Below, piece after piece: positions 38,176 through 48,315 of a DNA stretch of 64,000 nucleotides; within the stretch, counting starts at the first letter, position 1, and every line of letters starts with the position of its first letter. The translations under genes and the position numbers were made by a program. The stretch comes from Meiothermus sp. GTDB taxonomy: Bacteria; Deinococcota; Deinococci; Deinococcales; Thermaceae. Under the pieces are notes generated by a model. It was not told the DNA's origin, ran no database searches, and saw only the letters and a list, made by a program, of their open reading frames with translations. Location of the stretch: the NCBI GenBank assembly GCA_033762915.1, contig JANRLD010000060.1, positions 1 through 64,000 on the forward strand, in the 5' to 3' direction.

Positions 38176-40032
38176 TCAGGCTTTGGTTCCGCCGTTCTTG
38201 TCCGGCGCGATGTCCTTGCTGGTGGCGTTCTTCACCAGGCTCAGCAGCTGCTGCAACAGTTCGTCGGACTTGCCGTTGGAGCCCGCGCTAATGCCGTCCA
38301 TGAACTGCCCCACACCCAGACCCTGGGCGTATTGCTCGGTCATCTTGGCCAGGGTGGTGGGGTCGCCGTAGATGTTCATGTTGCCCTTGCTCATGAACTG
38401 ACCGATGCTGCGGGCCAGCTCGCTCTGCACGTCGCGCAAGGCTTCGGTCTTGAGCTTTTGCAACTCGAACTCCAGCGCGGCAGCGCTGAAGGTCTGCTTG
38501 TTCTCCAGTGCTTGCCGCTCGACCTCGACCTTGGCCTGCTCGACGTTGACCTTCTCGCGCTCCACGTCCACATCGACCATTTTGTTGGCGGTCTGGCCTT
38601 TGGCGATCAGTTCCTGGGCCTCGGCCTCGGCCCTGGCCCGGGTGATGGCGGCCTCGGCCTCGAGCAGCGCCGACTGCTTGGTGGCTTCGGCCTTCCGCAC
38701 CTCGGCGAAGGCCGCCACCTCGGCCTCGGTCTGGCGCTTGATGCGGTCTTGTTCGATGGCCTGCTTGGCGGTGATTAGCTTGGTCTGGGCCTCGCGCTCG
38801 GCCTGGGCCAATTGCTGCACCGTGATCACCTGCTGACTGGCCTTCTCGCGCTCGGCCTGGGCCTCGAGGTTCTGCCTCTCGGCGTCGGCCCGGCGGCGCT
38901 CGGCCTCGGTGATGGCGATCTGCTTGTCGCGCTCGGCCAGCGAGACGGCCTTCTCGCGCTCCACGTCGGTGGTCTGCTTCTCCTGCTCCTTAAGCAGCAG
39001 CGCCCGGTCGCGCTCGATGGCGGTGGACTGCTTCTCCTGCTCGCGCAGCAGGATCTGCTTGTCGCGCTCGATGGCGGCGGCCTGCACGGCCTGCTCGCGG
39101 GCGATCTCGGCCTCGCGGGTCAGGCGCTCCTGCTCGATGCGGTAGGTGTCGGCCTCGCGCTGCTTGGCCGTGGTCACCTTGGCGACCTCGGCCTGCTGGT
39201 TGGCCTCGGCCTCGGCCTGGGCGCGCTCGAGTTCCAGGATTTCCTTGCGCGTCTCGACGTTCTTAACCGTGATGGCCCGCTTGGCCTCTTGCTCGAGGCG
39301 GTTGCGCTCGACCAGGGCCGACTGGGTAATCTCGGTGATCTTGCGCTTGCCCTGCGCGTCGAAGATATTGGTGTCGGAGAGGAGTTCCTGGCTGGTCTGG
39401 TCGAGCGAGGAGATCGTCACCGACTCCAGGGTAAGGCCGTTGGGCTCGAGGTCGCTCCTCACCAGCTGCTGCACCGAGATGGCGAATTGGTCGCGCTGGC
39501 TGTGAATCTCAACCAGGTCCTGGGTGGCCGCGACCGAGCGCAGCGCCGAGACCAGTTTCTCGAACACCAGCGACGAGACCGCCTGCGGCGTGACCGACTT
39601 CTCGCCCAGCGACCGGCTGGCATTCACCACCGAGTCCTCTTTGGGCTCGACCTTGATGTAGAACTCGGCTTTCACGTCGAGGCGCAGGTTGTCCTTGGTG
39701 ATAAGCGCGTCGGGGCCCTTGCGCTCGACCTCCAGCTTCATGGTCTCGAGGCTGACTGCCACGTTGCGCTGGAGGATCGGGAAGAAGAATCCGCCCCGGT
39801 CAATCATCACCTTGCGCCCGCCCAGGCCGGTCATCACGTAGGCCAGGTTGGCGCTGGGCTTGATGTAGAACTGCGCGATCAGCCAGGCGAGCAGCCCGCC
39901 CACCAGCAGCAGCAGTCCCATCGCCCCTGTGACGGTGCTCTGCACCGCCCCCCAATTGGGCAAAAACGAGCCCCCGAACAGACTTAAGCCACTGAGCAGT
40001 ACGCCGAGCAAAACCAGGATCACACCGAGCAT
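38176..40032 (-). CDS. Flotillin-family SPFH protein
   Basis: N-terminal TM helices; ALITKDNLRLDVKAEFY and NGLTLESVTI; long AE-rich coiled coil. Confidence 0.92.
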   Translation of the reverse strand: MLGVILVLLGVLLSGLSLFGGSFLPNWGAVQSTVTGAMGLLLLVGGLLAWLIAQFYIKPSANLAYVMTGLGGRKVMIDRGGFFFPILQRNVAVSLETMKLEVERKGPDALITKDNLRLDVKAEFYIKVEPKEDSVVNASRSLGEKSVTPQAVSSLVFEKLVSALRSVAATQDLVEIHSQRDQFAISVQQLVRSDLEPNGLTLESVTISSLDQTSQELLSDTNIFDAQGKRKITEITQSALVERNRLEQEAKRAITVKNVETRKEILELERAQAEAEANQQAEVAKVTTAKQREADTYRIEQERLTREAEIAREQAVQAAAIERDKQILLREQEKQSTAIERDRALLLKEQEKQTTDVEREKAVSLAERDKQIAITEAERRRADAERQNLEAQAEREKASQQVITVQQLAQAEREAQTKLITAKQAIEQDRIKRQTEAEVAAFAEVRKAEATKQSALLEAEAAITRARAEAEAQELIAKGQTANKMVDVDVEREKVNVEQAKVEVERQALENKQTFSAAALEFELQKLKTEALRDVQSELARSIGQFMSKGNMNIYGDPTTLAKMTEQYAQGLGVGQFMDGISAGSNGKSDELLQQLLSLVKNATSKDIAPDKNGGTKA

Positions 40033-40206
40033 AGTTTTTCCTCCGGATGGCGTGCAGGTCGAGGGTCGCAGGTTTCAGGTGGTGGGCCGAAAGCCGCCGG
40101 GCCTCAACTGTGGTCAATCCGGGGGGCGGCTGGTATGGATGGGCGTGATGACGAACACTTTGCAGGGCGGGATGGGCGCAGGGCCAAAGGGCGACCTGGC
40201 ACCCCC

Positions 40207-40857
40207 TCACCGGGCCAGCACTTCCTCGGGGAACGGGTGGGCCTGCACAAAGTACACACCCTTGTCGCCGTCCTGGTCTACGACCAGCACCGCCGAGCCC
40301 TGCTCGAGCGGGGGCTCGCCGGGTAGCGTTTTGCAGACGACGCGGAACACGTTCCCCTGCCGGTCCTTGACGTTGGCGACGCCGTTCTGTCCGTCTATGC
40401 GGAAGACGGCACGGCCCGCACTCCCCACCAGGTTGCGCCCATTGGTGGGGGGCGGGCTCGAGCCGAATACCCTGGCAAAGGCCCGGCTGGTCAGGTTCCC
40501 GATGGCTGCCGCCCCGGCCAGGCCCAGCAGGGCTGAGGCCAGGAAATACACCTCGGGCGGCAGAAAGGCCCCCAGCACCCCGTTTGCCAGCAGCCCCACC
40601 AGCCCCCAGGCCGAGAGCAGGATGGGCAGCAGCAAGGTGGCGGACAGCCCACGCCCGAACCCGAAGCTCCCGCCCAGCTTCTCCAGCGGGGAGGCCGTTT
40701 CGTGCCCGTGGCCATGGCCATCGCCGCCCGAGTCGCCGTGGTCGCCCGCGTCCGCGCTATGCCCGAGCCCGCTGAGGGCGATGCCCAGACTTAAGACCAG
40801 CCCCACGGCCAGGGGCAGGGCGAAGACGAAGTTGTACCACTCGAGAAGGTTACCCAA
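40207..40857 (-). CDS. NfeD/YqiJ-like membrane protein with a C-terminal OB fold, flotillin partner
   Basis: Three TM helices with a His/Gly/Asp loop; LVGSAGRA...G.ANVKDRQG; SD GGAGG before the TTG. Confidence 0.8.
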   Translation of the reverse strand: MGNLLEWYNFVFALPLAVGLVLSLGIALSGLGHSADAGDHGDSGGDGHGHGHETASPLEKLGGSFGFGRGLSATLLLPILLSAWGLVGLLANGVLGAFLPPEVYFLASALLGLAGAAAIGNLTSRAFARVFGSSPPPTNGRNLVGSAGRAVFRIDGQNGVANVKDRQGNVFRVVCKTLPGEPPLEQGSAVLVVDQDGDKGVYFVQAHPFPEEVLAR

Positions 40858-40966
40858 GGCAGTACCTCCAGCTCGAGGGTACAAGATGGAGGGGAAAGAG
40901 GAAAGGGGAAGAGAGCCGGGGCTTGGTCCGGCGGGTTTTCCGCTCTCCTCCCCATCCCCCTATGTC

Positions 40967-41434
40967 CTATGCCACCGACCGCACCGCCGCCGCGACCTCT
41001 TCGTAGGGCGGCTCCTGCGAGGGCACCTCGGCGATCCACTGCCAGCCGACCTTGCCGTCGGGGGCGACCACCAAGGCGGCCCGCTGAGAAAAGCCCATAA
41101 TGCCCCGGAGGCCGATCTCGAGGCCTAGTGCGCGCGTTGCGGCCTTGTCGAAGTCGGAGATCAGGGGGAACGAGAGGCCGAGCTGCTGGGCGTAGGCCTT
41201 GAGGGTGAAGGGGGTATCGACGCTGAGGGCGTACACGTTGGCCCCGAGGTCGTTGTAGGCGGCCAGGCCGTCGCGGAAGGTGCAGAGCTCCTTCTCGCAC
41301 ACGCGGGTGAACGCGGCGGGGAAGAACAGCAGCACAGTGGGCTTGCCCTGCACCAGGCTGGGTAGGGGAAGCGGCTCAGCAGACGCGGTGTATACCGTCA
41401 CCTCGGGCAGGGGTTCGCCGACGGAAATTGCCAT
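40967..41434 (-). CDS. Peroxiredoxin (AhpC/TSA family)
   Basis: FFPAAFTRVCEKELC, SVDTPF and LISDF. Confidence 0.92.
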   Translation of the reverse strand: MAISVGEPLPEVTVYTASAEPLPLPSLVQGKPTVLLFFPAAFTRVCEKELCTFRDGLAAYNDLGANVYALSVDTPFTLKAYAQQLGLSFPLISDFDKAATRALGLEIGLRGIMGFSQRAALVVAPDGKVGWQWIAEVPSQEPPYEEVAAAVRSVA

Positions 41435-41507
41435 AGTGAGCGGAATATACCCGCCCCCGGGTCCTGGACTAAAGTCGCCGGCTACAGTTTGGGTAGACTG
41501 CGGGGCC

Positions 41508-42407
41508 GTGTCGAGTGCCCAGAGACTGGAGTCTAGAGCCAAAGACTACGCGCTGGCGGCCTTCTGTCTGGCCACCGCGCTGCTGATCCCGTTCGGGGAG
41601 CAACCAGGCCTGTTCCTGACGGGATGGGCGGCCTTTGCGCTAAGCGGGTTTTTCGTATGGCGAACGGCCGACCCCAGCATTCAGCGCAAGATGGCCGTGC
41701 TGCTCGGCTGTGTGGCCTTGCTGGCCTGGTCGCCCATCGAGACCAGTACCGCCGACATCAAGTTTGTTACCTTGGGGCTTCCGTTCCTGGCCGTCATCGT
41801 GCTGCCCTGGCTGATTCTGCGCCGCACCGACCCCGGAACGATTGTTTACCAGTGGTGGCCAAGACATGCCAACTGGCTCGAGCGAAAACGTGGCCCCTCA
41901 GGTCGAAACGGGTGGGTGGTTAATTGGGGGGTTGCGCGGGCTTTGGGCCTCGAGATTGGCTACGTGCTGCTCTCGATCCCGCTGGCCTGGGCGGCCTTCC
42001 GTCTCTACTTCGGGGTGTTGAGTCCCGAGGTGCCCTTTAACTGGAGCCTGCCCGAGACCCCCCAATCCGACCCCCTGCTGCGGCTGTTCGTGGGCATCAA
42101 CGCGGTGGGGATCTGGGACGAGCTGTTCTTCGTCAACACCTGCTTCGCCGTCCTGCGCACTATCTTTCCCTTCTGGACCGCCAACCTGGCCCAGTCCGTG
42201 GTCTACACCGCCGTGCTCTACGACATGGCCTTCACCGGGTGGGGGCCGCTGTTCGTGTTTGGTCTTGCACTCACCCAGGGCATCATGTTCGAGCGGGCCA
42301 AGACCCTGATTTACGTGATCGTGGTCCACCTGATCGTGGACTACTTCTTGTTCCAAGAGATCGTGGACGCCTACTACCCCGACTTTAGCGTGTGGTGGCA
42401 TCCTTAA
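41508..42407 (+). CDS. CPBP/Abi intramembrane protease-like protein
   Basis: Multiple TM helices; GIWDELFF and IVVHLIVD. The start codon is approximate. Confidence 0.8.
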   Translation: MSSAQRLESRAKDYALAAFCLATALLIPFGEQPGLFLTGWAAFALSGFFVWRTADPSIQRKMAVLLGCVALLAWSPIETSTADIKFVTLGLPFLAVIVLPWLILRRTDPGTIVYQWWPRHANWLERKRGPSGRNGWVVNWGVARALGLEIGYVLLSIPLAWAAFRLYFGVLSPEVPFNWSLPETPQSDPLLRLFVGINAVGIWDELFFVNTCFAVLRTIFPFWTANLAQSVVYTAVLYDMAFTGWGPLFVFGLALTQGIMFERAKTLIYVIVVHLIVDYFLFQEIVDAYYPDFSVWWHP

Positions 42408-42605
42408 AAAGTTGCGCCAAGGTAAAGGTGCTCAATCGGCGAATAGGGTAAACACGTTCCTGGCGCAATTCCCAGCGGGAGCAGGTGGGCGAGAGCTCGC
42501 ATTGCAATCATCGAGTCACTTCGAGCAGGCAGGGACGACAATAAGCGTGAAGACAGAGTAGAGCAGCGCCGGAACCCGGCGGCCTCTCTTTCCCCCTCGA
42601 GCACG

Positions 42606-42914
42606 TTATTTTTTGGCCTTGGAAGCCACGGCCTGGGCCTGGGCCAACTGCTGGCGGTACTTCTTCACCGGGCCAAAGATAAAGTTGTTGAAGAGGGCGT
42701 AAGCGCCGATGTAGCAGCCCATCTGCACCCAGAAATCGTTGAACAAGGTAAGGCCGTTGGCGCCCAGCACGGTCATCAGCAGGGTGAGGGGCATGATGAC
42801 GATCAGGGCGCGCAGGAACAGCCCGGGGAACAGCCTAAGCAGGTCGCGGTTGGACAGCTTGGGGGGAGGGGCCTTGACCGGGGTCTCAGTCTTAACTTTG
42901 CGCTTTTTGCTCAT
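42606..42914 (-). CDS. Small two-TM hypothetical protein
   Basis: Basic N-terminus, two hydrophobic segments, TATGCT 7 nt before the ATG. Confidence 0.7.
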   Translation of the reverse strand: MSKKRKVKTETPVKAPPPKLSNRDLLRLFPGLFLRALIVIMPLTLLMTVLGANGLTLFNDFWVQMGCYIGAYALFNNFIFGPVKKYRQQLAQAQAVASKAKK

Positions 42915-43003
42915 GCCCAAGAGCATACGGGTTGCGGCGCACGGGATGGTTAACCGGACTGCAATTCTGGAGTTACCCCAAGTGTTAAACCGTAGAATGA
43001 ACC

Positions 43004-44062
43004 GTGCTCGAGCTGTTCCAACGTCTTACCGCCCTGCCCCACCGGGGGAGCGCCACCCCCAACGAGGCTCAGGCCGCCCAAATCCTGCGGGAGCACCTCG
43101 AGTCCGGGGGCTTTACCGTCCAGACCCAGCCCTTCAAGGCCCCCCGCTCCTACGGGCCGGAGCTGATCGCAATCTGCCTGGCCCTGGCGCTGGGCGGCTG
43201 GCTCGAGTTCTGGCCGTTGGCCCTGCTGGGCACCTATGCCTTCTGGGCCAACTTCTCCGGCTGGTGGGTGCCCTGGGGCCGCCTCTTCGACCGCCACAAC
43301 TCCCAAAACCTCCTGAGCCAGTGGGGCTCAGGGCCGCGAACCCTGGTGCTGATGGCCCACTACGACAGCGCCAAAACCTACTTCGTCTACAGCCCGCGGC
43401 GGGTCAAGGGTTTCCGGGCCAACTTCCTGCTCAACGCGGCCCTGGCCACCCTGATGCCCTACGCGACCTTTTTGCCGTTGGTGCCCCAGGTGCTGGCGCT
43501 CTACTTCCTGGCCCAGGCCCTGCTGCTGGTCTGGCGCGAGCTGACCGCCCCGACGGTAAACGGGGCCAACGACAACGCCTCGGGGGTGGCGGTGGCGGTG
43601 CGGCTGTTCGAGGAGTTGCGCGAGCAGCCCCTGGAGGGCACCAGGGTCATCCTGGCCCTGACCGGCTGTGAGGAGGTAGGGGCCAAGGGGGCCGAGTTCC
43701 TGGCCCAGTCGGGCCAGATTCCCCGCGACGCCCTGGTGCTCAATATAGACAACGTGGGCCGCGGAACGCTGCACTATGCCACCGGCGAGGGGATGCTGAT
43801 CTATCACCGCTTTCGCGGTGCGCTCCAACGGGCGGCCAAGACCCAGGACGGCGCAGCCCCGCTCGAGTACCGCCTGGCTTACTTCGATACCCGCCCCTTT
43901 GCCGCCCGGCGCATGGGCTGCCTGACCCTGATCCGCCTCGAGGACGGCCTGCCCCCCCACTGGCACTGGCCCACCGACCGGCCCGAGAACGTGGACTGGG
44001 CGGCGGTGGAGGGGACGCTCGAGTACGCCCGGAGACTGGTGAATGCCGGGCTGTCTGCATGA
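43004..44062 (+). CDS. M28 family peptidase with membrane insertions
   Basis: MAHYDS, GANDNASGV, GCEEVG, NIDNVG and HWPTD. Confidence 0.9.
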   Translation: MLELFQRLTALPHRGSATPNEAQAAQILREHLESGGFTVQTQPFKAPRSYGPELIAICLALALGGWLEFWPLALLGTYAFWANFSGWWVPWGRLFDRHNSQNLLSQWGSGPRTLVLMAHYDSAKTYFVYSPRRVKGFRANFLLNAALATLMPYATFLPLVPQVLALYFLAQALLLVWRELTAPTVNGANDNASGVAVAVRLFEELREQPLEGTRVILALTGCEEVGAKGAEFLAQSGQIPRDALVLNIDNVGRGTLHYATGEGMLIYHRFRGALQRAAKTQDGAAPLEYRLAYFDTRPFAARRMGCLTLIRLEDGLPPHWHWPTDRPENVDWAAVEGTLEYARRLVNAGLSA

Positions 44063-44206
44063 CGGGGCGTGCATTACGGGAATCGTAGATTCCCCCAGGC
44101 GCTCACGGAGATACAAGAGCCCCGGTTCGATTTCTACTGCCAGACCACAAAGTTCCTTTCAACAGCTGATGATTCGCAGCCTGTGCGTTGCTGACTCGTC
44201 ATCAGC

Positions 44207-45736
44207 CTACTCCCACTCAATCGTCGCGGGCGGCTTGCTGGTGATGTCGTAGACCACGCGCCCAATCTCGGGTACCTGGCGGGTGATTTTGCGGGCTACT
44301 TCGTCTAGGAACTCCAAGGGCAGCCGCGCCCAATCCGCCGTCATGAAGTCCACCGTGCTCACCGCCCGCAGCCCCAGCACGTAGCCATAACTGCGTTCGT
44401 CGCCAATCACACCCACGCTCTGGATGGGGGTGAGGATGGCGGCGGCCTGCGAGACCTGGCCGTACAGATCCCAGTCGCGCAGACCCGAGATAAAGATGTC
44501 ATCGGCACGGCGCAGGATGTCTAGTTTTTCCTCGGTGACTTCGCCCAGAATCCGAATCGAGAGGCCGGGGCCGGGGAAAGGGTGGCGCATCCGGATGGCC
44601 TCGGGCAGCCCCAGCAGCAGGGCCAGCTCGCGCACCTCGTCCTTGAACAGGTAGCGGAAGGGCTCGAGCAGCTCGAACTGCAGGTCGTCGGGCAAGCCGC
44701 CCACGTTGTGGTGGCTTTTGATATTGGCGCTGCCCTCGCCGCTGCCGGCCGACTCGATCACGTCCGGGTAGAGCGTGCCCTGGGCCAGCCAGCGGTAGCC
44801 CTGCTCCGAGAGCGCCCTGGCCTCGCGCTCAAAGACCCGGATAAACTCCCGCCCCACGATCTTGCGCTTCGCTTCGGGGTCGGAGACCCCTTTTAGGGCA
44901 GCCATGAAGGGTTCCTTGGCATCCACCACCCGCAAGGACTCGTCGCCCAGCGGGCGCAGGGCGCGTTCCACCTCATCGCGCTCGCCCAGGCGCAGCAGGT
45001 TGTGGTCCACAAATACCGCGGTTAGCTTGTCGCCGATGGCCCTCGAGAGCAGCAGGGCCAGCGTCGAGGAGTCCACCCCACCCGACACCGCCAGCATCAC
45101 TTTGTCGTCGCCCACCTTGGCACGGATGTCGGCGATTAGGTTCTCGAGGGTGTGCTCGGCCGTCCAGTCGCGCTTCACTCCCGCGAGCTCGAGGAAGTTC
45201 TCGAGCACCTGCATCCCCTTGGGGCTGTGCACCACCTCGGGATGGAACTGAAGCCCGAAGGTGCGCCCATCGGGAGCCGCAATGCCCGCTACCGGGTTCT
45301 CGTCGGTCTTGGCGATTACCTGCCAGCCCTGCGGCAGCTCGGTCACGGCGTCGGAATGGCTCATCCACATCTGAAGCTCGCCCTCGAGGCCGCCAAACAG
45401 GGGGCCGGTGTGGTACTCGAGGTTGGCCTTGCCGTATTCCCGGCTGCCGGCCCGCTCGACCCGCCCGCCGAACTCCTGGCTCAGGAGCTGCATGCCGTAG
45501 CAGATCCCCAGCGTGGGCAGCCCGCTGTGCAAAACGCCTGCCGCCGGGCGCGGGCTTTTGGGGTCGAAAACCGAGGCTGGGCCGCCCGAAAGGATCACCG
45601 CCCTGGGGTTCTCGGCCTGGATGCGCTCCAGGCTGGCCGTCCCCGGCAAAATCACCGAATACGCCTTCAGCTCTCGAATTCGTCGTGCGATCAGGCGGGT
45701 GTACTGCGAACCGTAGTCGAGGATGACGACGCTCAT
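44207..45736 (-). CDS. guaA: GMP synthase (glutamine-hydrolysing)
   Basis: [34 protein letters not shown] and KPPATIEWE. Confidence 0.98.
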   Translation of the reverse strand: MSVVILDYGSQYTRLIARRIRELKAYSVILPGTASLERIQAENPRAVILSGGPASVFDPKSPRPAAGVLHSGLPTLGICYGMQLLSQEFGGRVERAGSREYGKANLEYHTGPLFGGLEGELQMWMSHSDAVTELPQGWQVIAKTDENPVAGIAAPDGRTFGLQFHPEVVHSPKGMQVLENFLELAGVKRDWTAEHTLENLIADIRAKVGDDKVMLAVSGGVDSSTLALLLSRAIGDKLTAVFVDHNLLRLGERDEVERALRPLGDESLRVVDAKEPFMAALKGVSDPEAKRKIVGREFIRVFEREARALSEQGYRWLAQGTLYPDVIESAGSGEGSANIKSHHNVGGLPDDLQFELLEPFRYLFKDEVRELALLLGLPEAIRMRHPFPGPGLSIRILGEVTEEKLDILRRADDIFISGLRDWDLYGQVSQAAAILTPIQSVGVIGDERSYGYVLGLRAVSTVDFMTADWARLPLEFLDEVARKITRQVPEIGRVVYDITSKPPATIEWE

Positions 45737-45925
45737 GCTCGGAAGTTTATAGGAGGCGGGGGGTGGGGGGTAGGGGGTGGGGCCGCGAGTGGAAGGGGCG
45801 GGTAACGCTGGTTCGGTAGTTGACCCGCTCCTTTGAGCCCCCTTTTCACGCTTTTGTCACCCCAACGTATCTACACTTTCAGACAGGCTTCAGGGCAGGC
45901 TGTAAACTGAGGTCAGGAGCGACCT

Positions 45926-46195
45926 ATGTTTGGACTTGGGGGAACCGAAATCGTCATTATCTTGGTGATCGCGCTATTGCTGTTCGGGCCGCGACGCCTT
46001 CCGGAGATGGGGCGGAGCATCGGACAGAGCATCCGCGAGTTTCAGAAGGGGGCCAAGAACATCCGCGAGGAGTTCGAGAGCGCGGCCAGCACCAAAGAAC
46101 TCAAGGAGATGAAGGACGACCTGACCAAGCCGATCGAAGAGATCAAGGCCGACCTTAAGTCCGAGCCCAAGGCCGAGCAGAAGCTGGGGAGCTGA
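45926..46195 (+). CDS. tatA: Twin-arginine translocase subunit TatA
   Basis: EIVIILVIALLLFGPRRLPEMGRSIG...EFQK. Confidence 0.93.
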   Translation: MFGLGGTEIVIILVIALLLFGPRRLPEMGRSIGQSIREFQKGAKNIREEFESAASTKELKEMKDDLTKPIEEIKADLKSEPKAEQKLGS

Positions 46196-46304
46196 CCGTG
46201 CGACCGCAGGGTGTTAGTCAGCCTCGGCAAGGCTCCGGACGCACTTCGGCGGCAGCCCTGGACGAGGTTTGCGGTGTGAGGTCGGGTTGGGAGGTCGGCG
46301 GACT

Positions 46305-47054
46305 GTGAGAGAAGCCCCCCTGATGGAGCACCTCGAGGAGCTCAGGTCCAGGCTGATTTGGGCAGTTGGGGCCTGGGCAGTGATGACCGCGGTGGCCTTT
46401 GTGTTCCGCGTTGAGTTGCTGGAGTGGCTCGAGGCTCCCCTGAAGATTTTCAACGAGGGCCGCGAGGTCAAGGCCGAGCTGATCGTGCTGGGCATCACCG
46501 AGCCCTTTGTGGTCTCGCTCCAGGTCGCGGCCTTCGGTGGGCTGGCCTTGGCGCTGCCAGTCATCGTCTATCAGCTCTGGTCCTTCATCGCCCCGGGGCT
46601 CTACAGCAACGAGCGCCGCCTAGCGATTCCCTTTCTGCTGGGCGCGGGGTTCAGTTTCGGGGCGGGGGTGGCCTTTTGCTACTTCCTGATGCTTCCGGTG
46701 GCGGTGCCCTTCCTGCTGGGGTTCCTGGGCGACGTGGTGACGCCGCAGATTTCTATCGGGATGTACATCGGGCAGATCCTGACCCTGTTGGGCGTAATGG
46801 GGCTGGTCTTCGAGATGCCGGTGGTGAGCTACTTGCTGGCCTCGCTGGGGATGCTGAGCAGCCGCTTCCTGCTCCAGAACTGGCGCATCGCCATCGTGAT
46901 CATGATCGCCGTCGCGGCCATCATCACCCCGACCCAAGACCCCCTCAACCTCACCATCGCCTCGGCCCCCTTGATTCTGCTCTATGGGGTTTCCATCCTG
47001 ATCGTCCGGCTGGTCGAACGCGGGCGCAAGGTGCCTGTAGAGACCGCCGCGTAG
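46305..47054 (+). CDS. tatC: Twin-arginine translocase subunit TatC
   Basis: PLMEHLEELRSRL, QLWSFIAPGLY, FEMPV and AAIITP. Confidence 0.96.
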   Translation: MREAPLMEHLEELRSRLIWAVGAWAVMTAVAFVFRVELLEWLEAPLKIFNEGREVKAELIVLGITEPFVVSLQVAAFGGLALALPVIVYQLWSFIAPGLYSNERRLAIPFLLGAGFSFGAGVAFCYFLMLPVAVPFLLGFLGDVVTPQISIGMYIGQILTLLGVMGLVFEMPVVSYLLASLGMLSSRFLLQNWRIAIVIMIAVAAIITPTQDPLNLTIASAPLILLYGVSILIVRLVERGRKVPVETAA

Positions 47055-47199
47055 AGGTTTTTAGCGTTGGGGATCGGGTGGCGGGCCGGCAAACGCTCCC
47101 ACACGGTCCGCCCCTCGAGCCGTTCGTCGGCATCCCGCGCCCGACCCGCCGAGCCGAAGTAGAATATTCTGACAAAAATACTGTATTCTAAACTGCAAG

Positions 47200-47718
47200 A
47201 TGAACCTCGACACCCCCCGAATTTTGGTACTCAACGCTGGGTACGAGCCGCTCGGGCTGGCTTGTATCAAGCGGGCGGTGACGCTCGTCATGAACGGGAC
47301 CGCCGAGGTGGTGGAGGAGAGCGGAGAGTACCTACGAACTCCCAGCACCCCCTACCCCATTCCCACCATCATCCGCCTCAAACGCATGATTCGCCGCCCT
47401 CCGGGGCGGCTTGCGCTTAATCGGCGCAACATTCTGCGGCGCGACGCCTACACCTGCCAGTACTGCGGCAAGCGCGGCGGCGAGCTGACCGTCGACCACG
47501 TGATGCCCAAGAGCCGGGGCGGGCGCGGCATTTGGGAGAACCTGGTGGCGGCCTGTCGGCCCTGCAATCTTAAGAAGAAGAACCGCACCCCCGAGGAGGC
47601 CGGGATGCGCCTGGCCAGGCGCCCGGTAGCGCCCCGCCATGGCCTCTTGCTGGTCGCCGACCTGCCCCATCTGCCGGACACCTGGAAGCCCTACCTGCCG
47701 GACATCGAGCACAGGTAG
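47200..47718 (+). CDS. HNH endonuclease
   Basis: LVLNAGYEPL, RDAYTCQYCG, TVDHVMPKSRGG and CRPCNLKK. Confidence 0.92.
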   Translation: MNLDTPRILVLNAGYEPLGLACIKRAVTLVMNGTAEVVEESGEYLRTPSTPYPIPTIIRLKRMIRRPPGRLALNRRNILRRDAYTCQYCGKRGGELTVDHVMPKSRGGRGIWENLVAACRPCNLKKKNRTPEEAGMRLARRPVAPRHGLLLVADLPHLPDTWKPYLPDIEHR

Positions 47719-47756
47719 GTCGGAGGCTGATAGACCAAAGCTTAGCGGTTGGGGGT

Positions 47757-48290
47757 ATGGGCCATTCTGTTCGTATTGTAGTGGGGTCTCGAGGAGCGCT
47801 CGAGTGGCTGGCCACGCGTTGGGTAAAGGCCAGGGTATGCGACCTGCGGTTGGGCTATGCCGGCATGCCCCTCACCGACGAACTCGCCGACGACATCAAC
47901 GACCTCCTGCAAAAGCCCACCCGGATTGTGCCGTTCGAATTGCTCTCGGAGTCCCACCATGAAGTGCTCGAGCAGTCCTCCCAGCATGCCCCGCTGGCCT
48001 ACCTCGAGACCAAATACTTCGGGGGCACCGGCTCGCAATGTGCGGTGATGTTCGAGGGCGGGAGGGTGACCCTCGGCCCGCTCAAGACCTACACCCCTTG
48101 GGACGAAAAACTGCTTAAGTACGGCCAGGTCCCCAGCAGGGAGGGGGCGATTAACGCGGTTCTACGGGCGATGGGGGTATGGCGGCGGCCGGGCTCCGAC
48201 GAGTTCGAAACCCTCGAGCTGGGCCGCTACCGCAGCAACGATGCCCTTCTTCGCCAGGCGCAGCGCCGGGACGGCCCAAAAAACCATTGA
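47757..48290 (+). CDS. Hypothetical protein
   Basis: 177-aa ORF with host-like codon usage; AYLETKYFGGTGSQ and INAVLR...DEFETLEL. Confidence 0.7.
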   Translation: MGHSVRIVVGSRGALEWLATRWVKARVCDLRLGYAGMPLTDELADDINDLLQKPTRIVPFELLSESHHEVLEQSSQHAPLAYLETKYFGGTGSQCAVMFEGGRVTLGPLKTYTPWDEKLLKYGQVPSREGAINAVLRAMGVWRRPGSDEFETLELGRYRSNDALLRQAQRRDGPKNH

Positions 48291-48315
48291 GCTGCGCAGG
48301 CAATGTTGCAGACCC

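Noticed and set aside
47200..47718. HNH gene as a defence or mobile system
   Set aside because: It is a common stand-alone HNH type with host-like codon usage and no methylase, repeats or element ends nearby.
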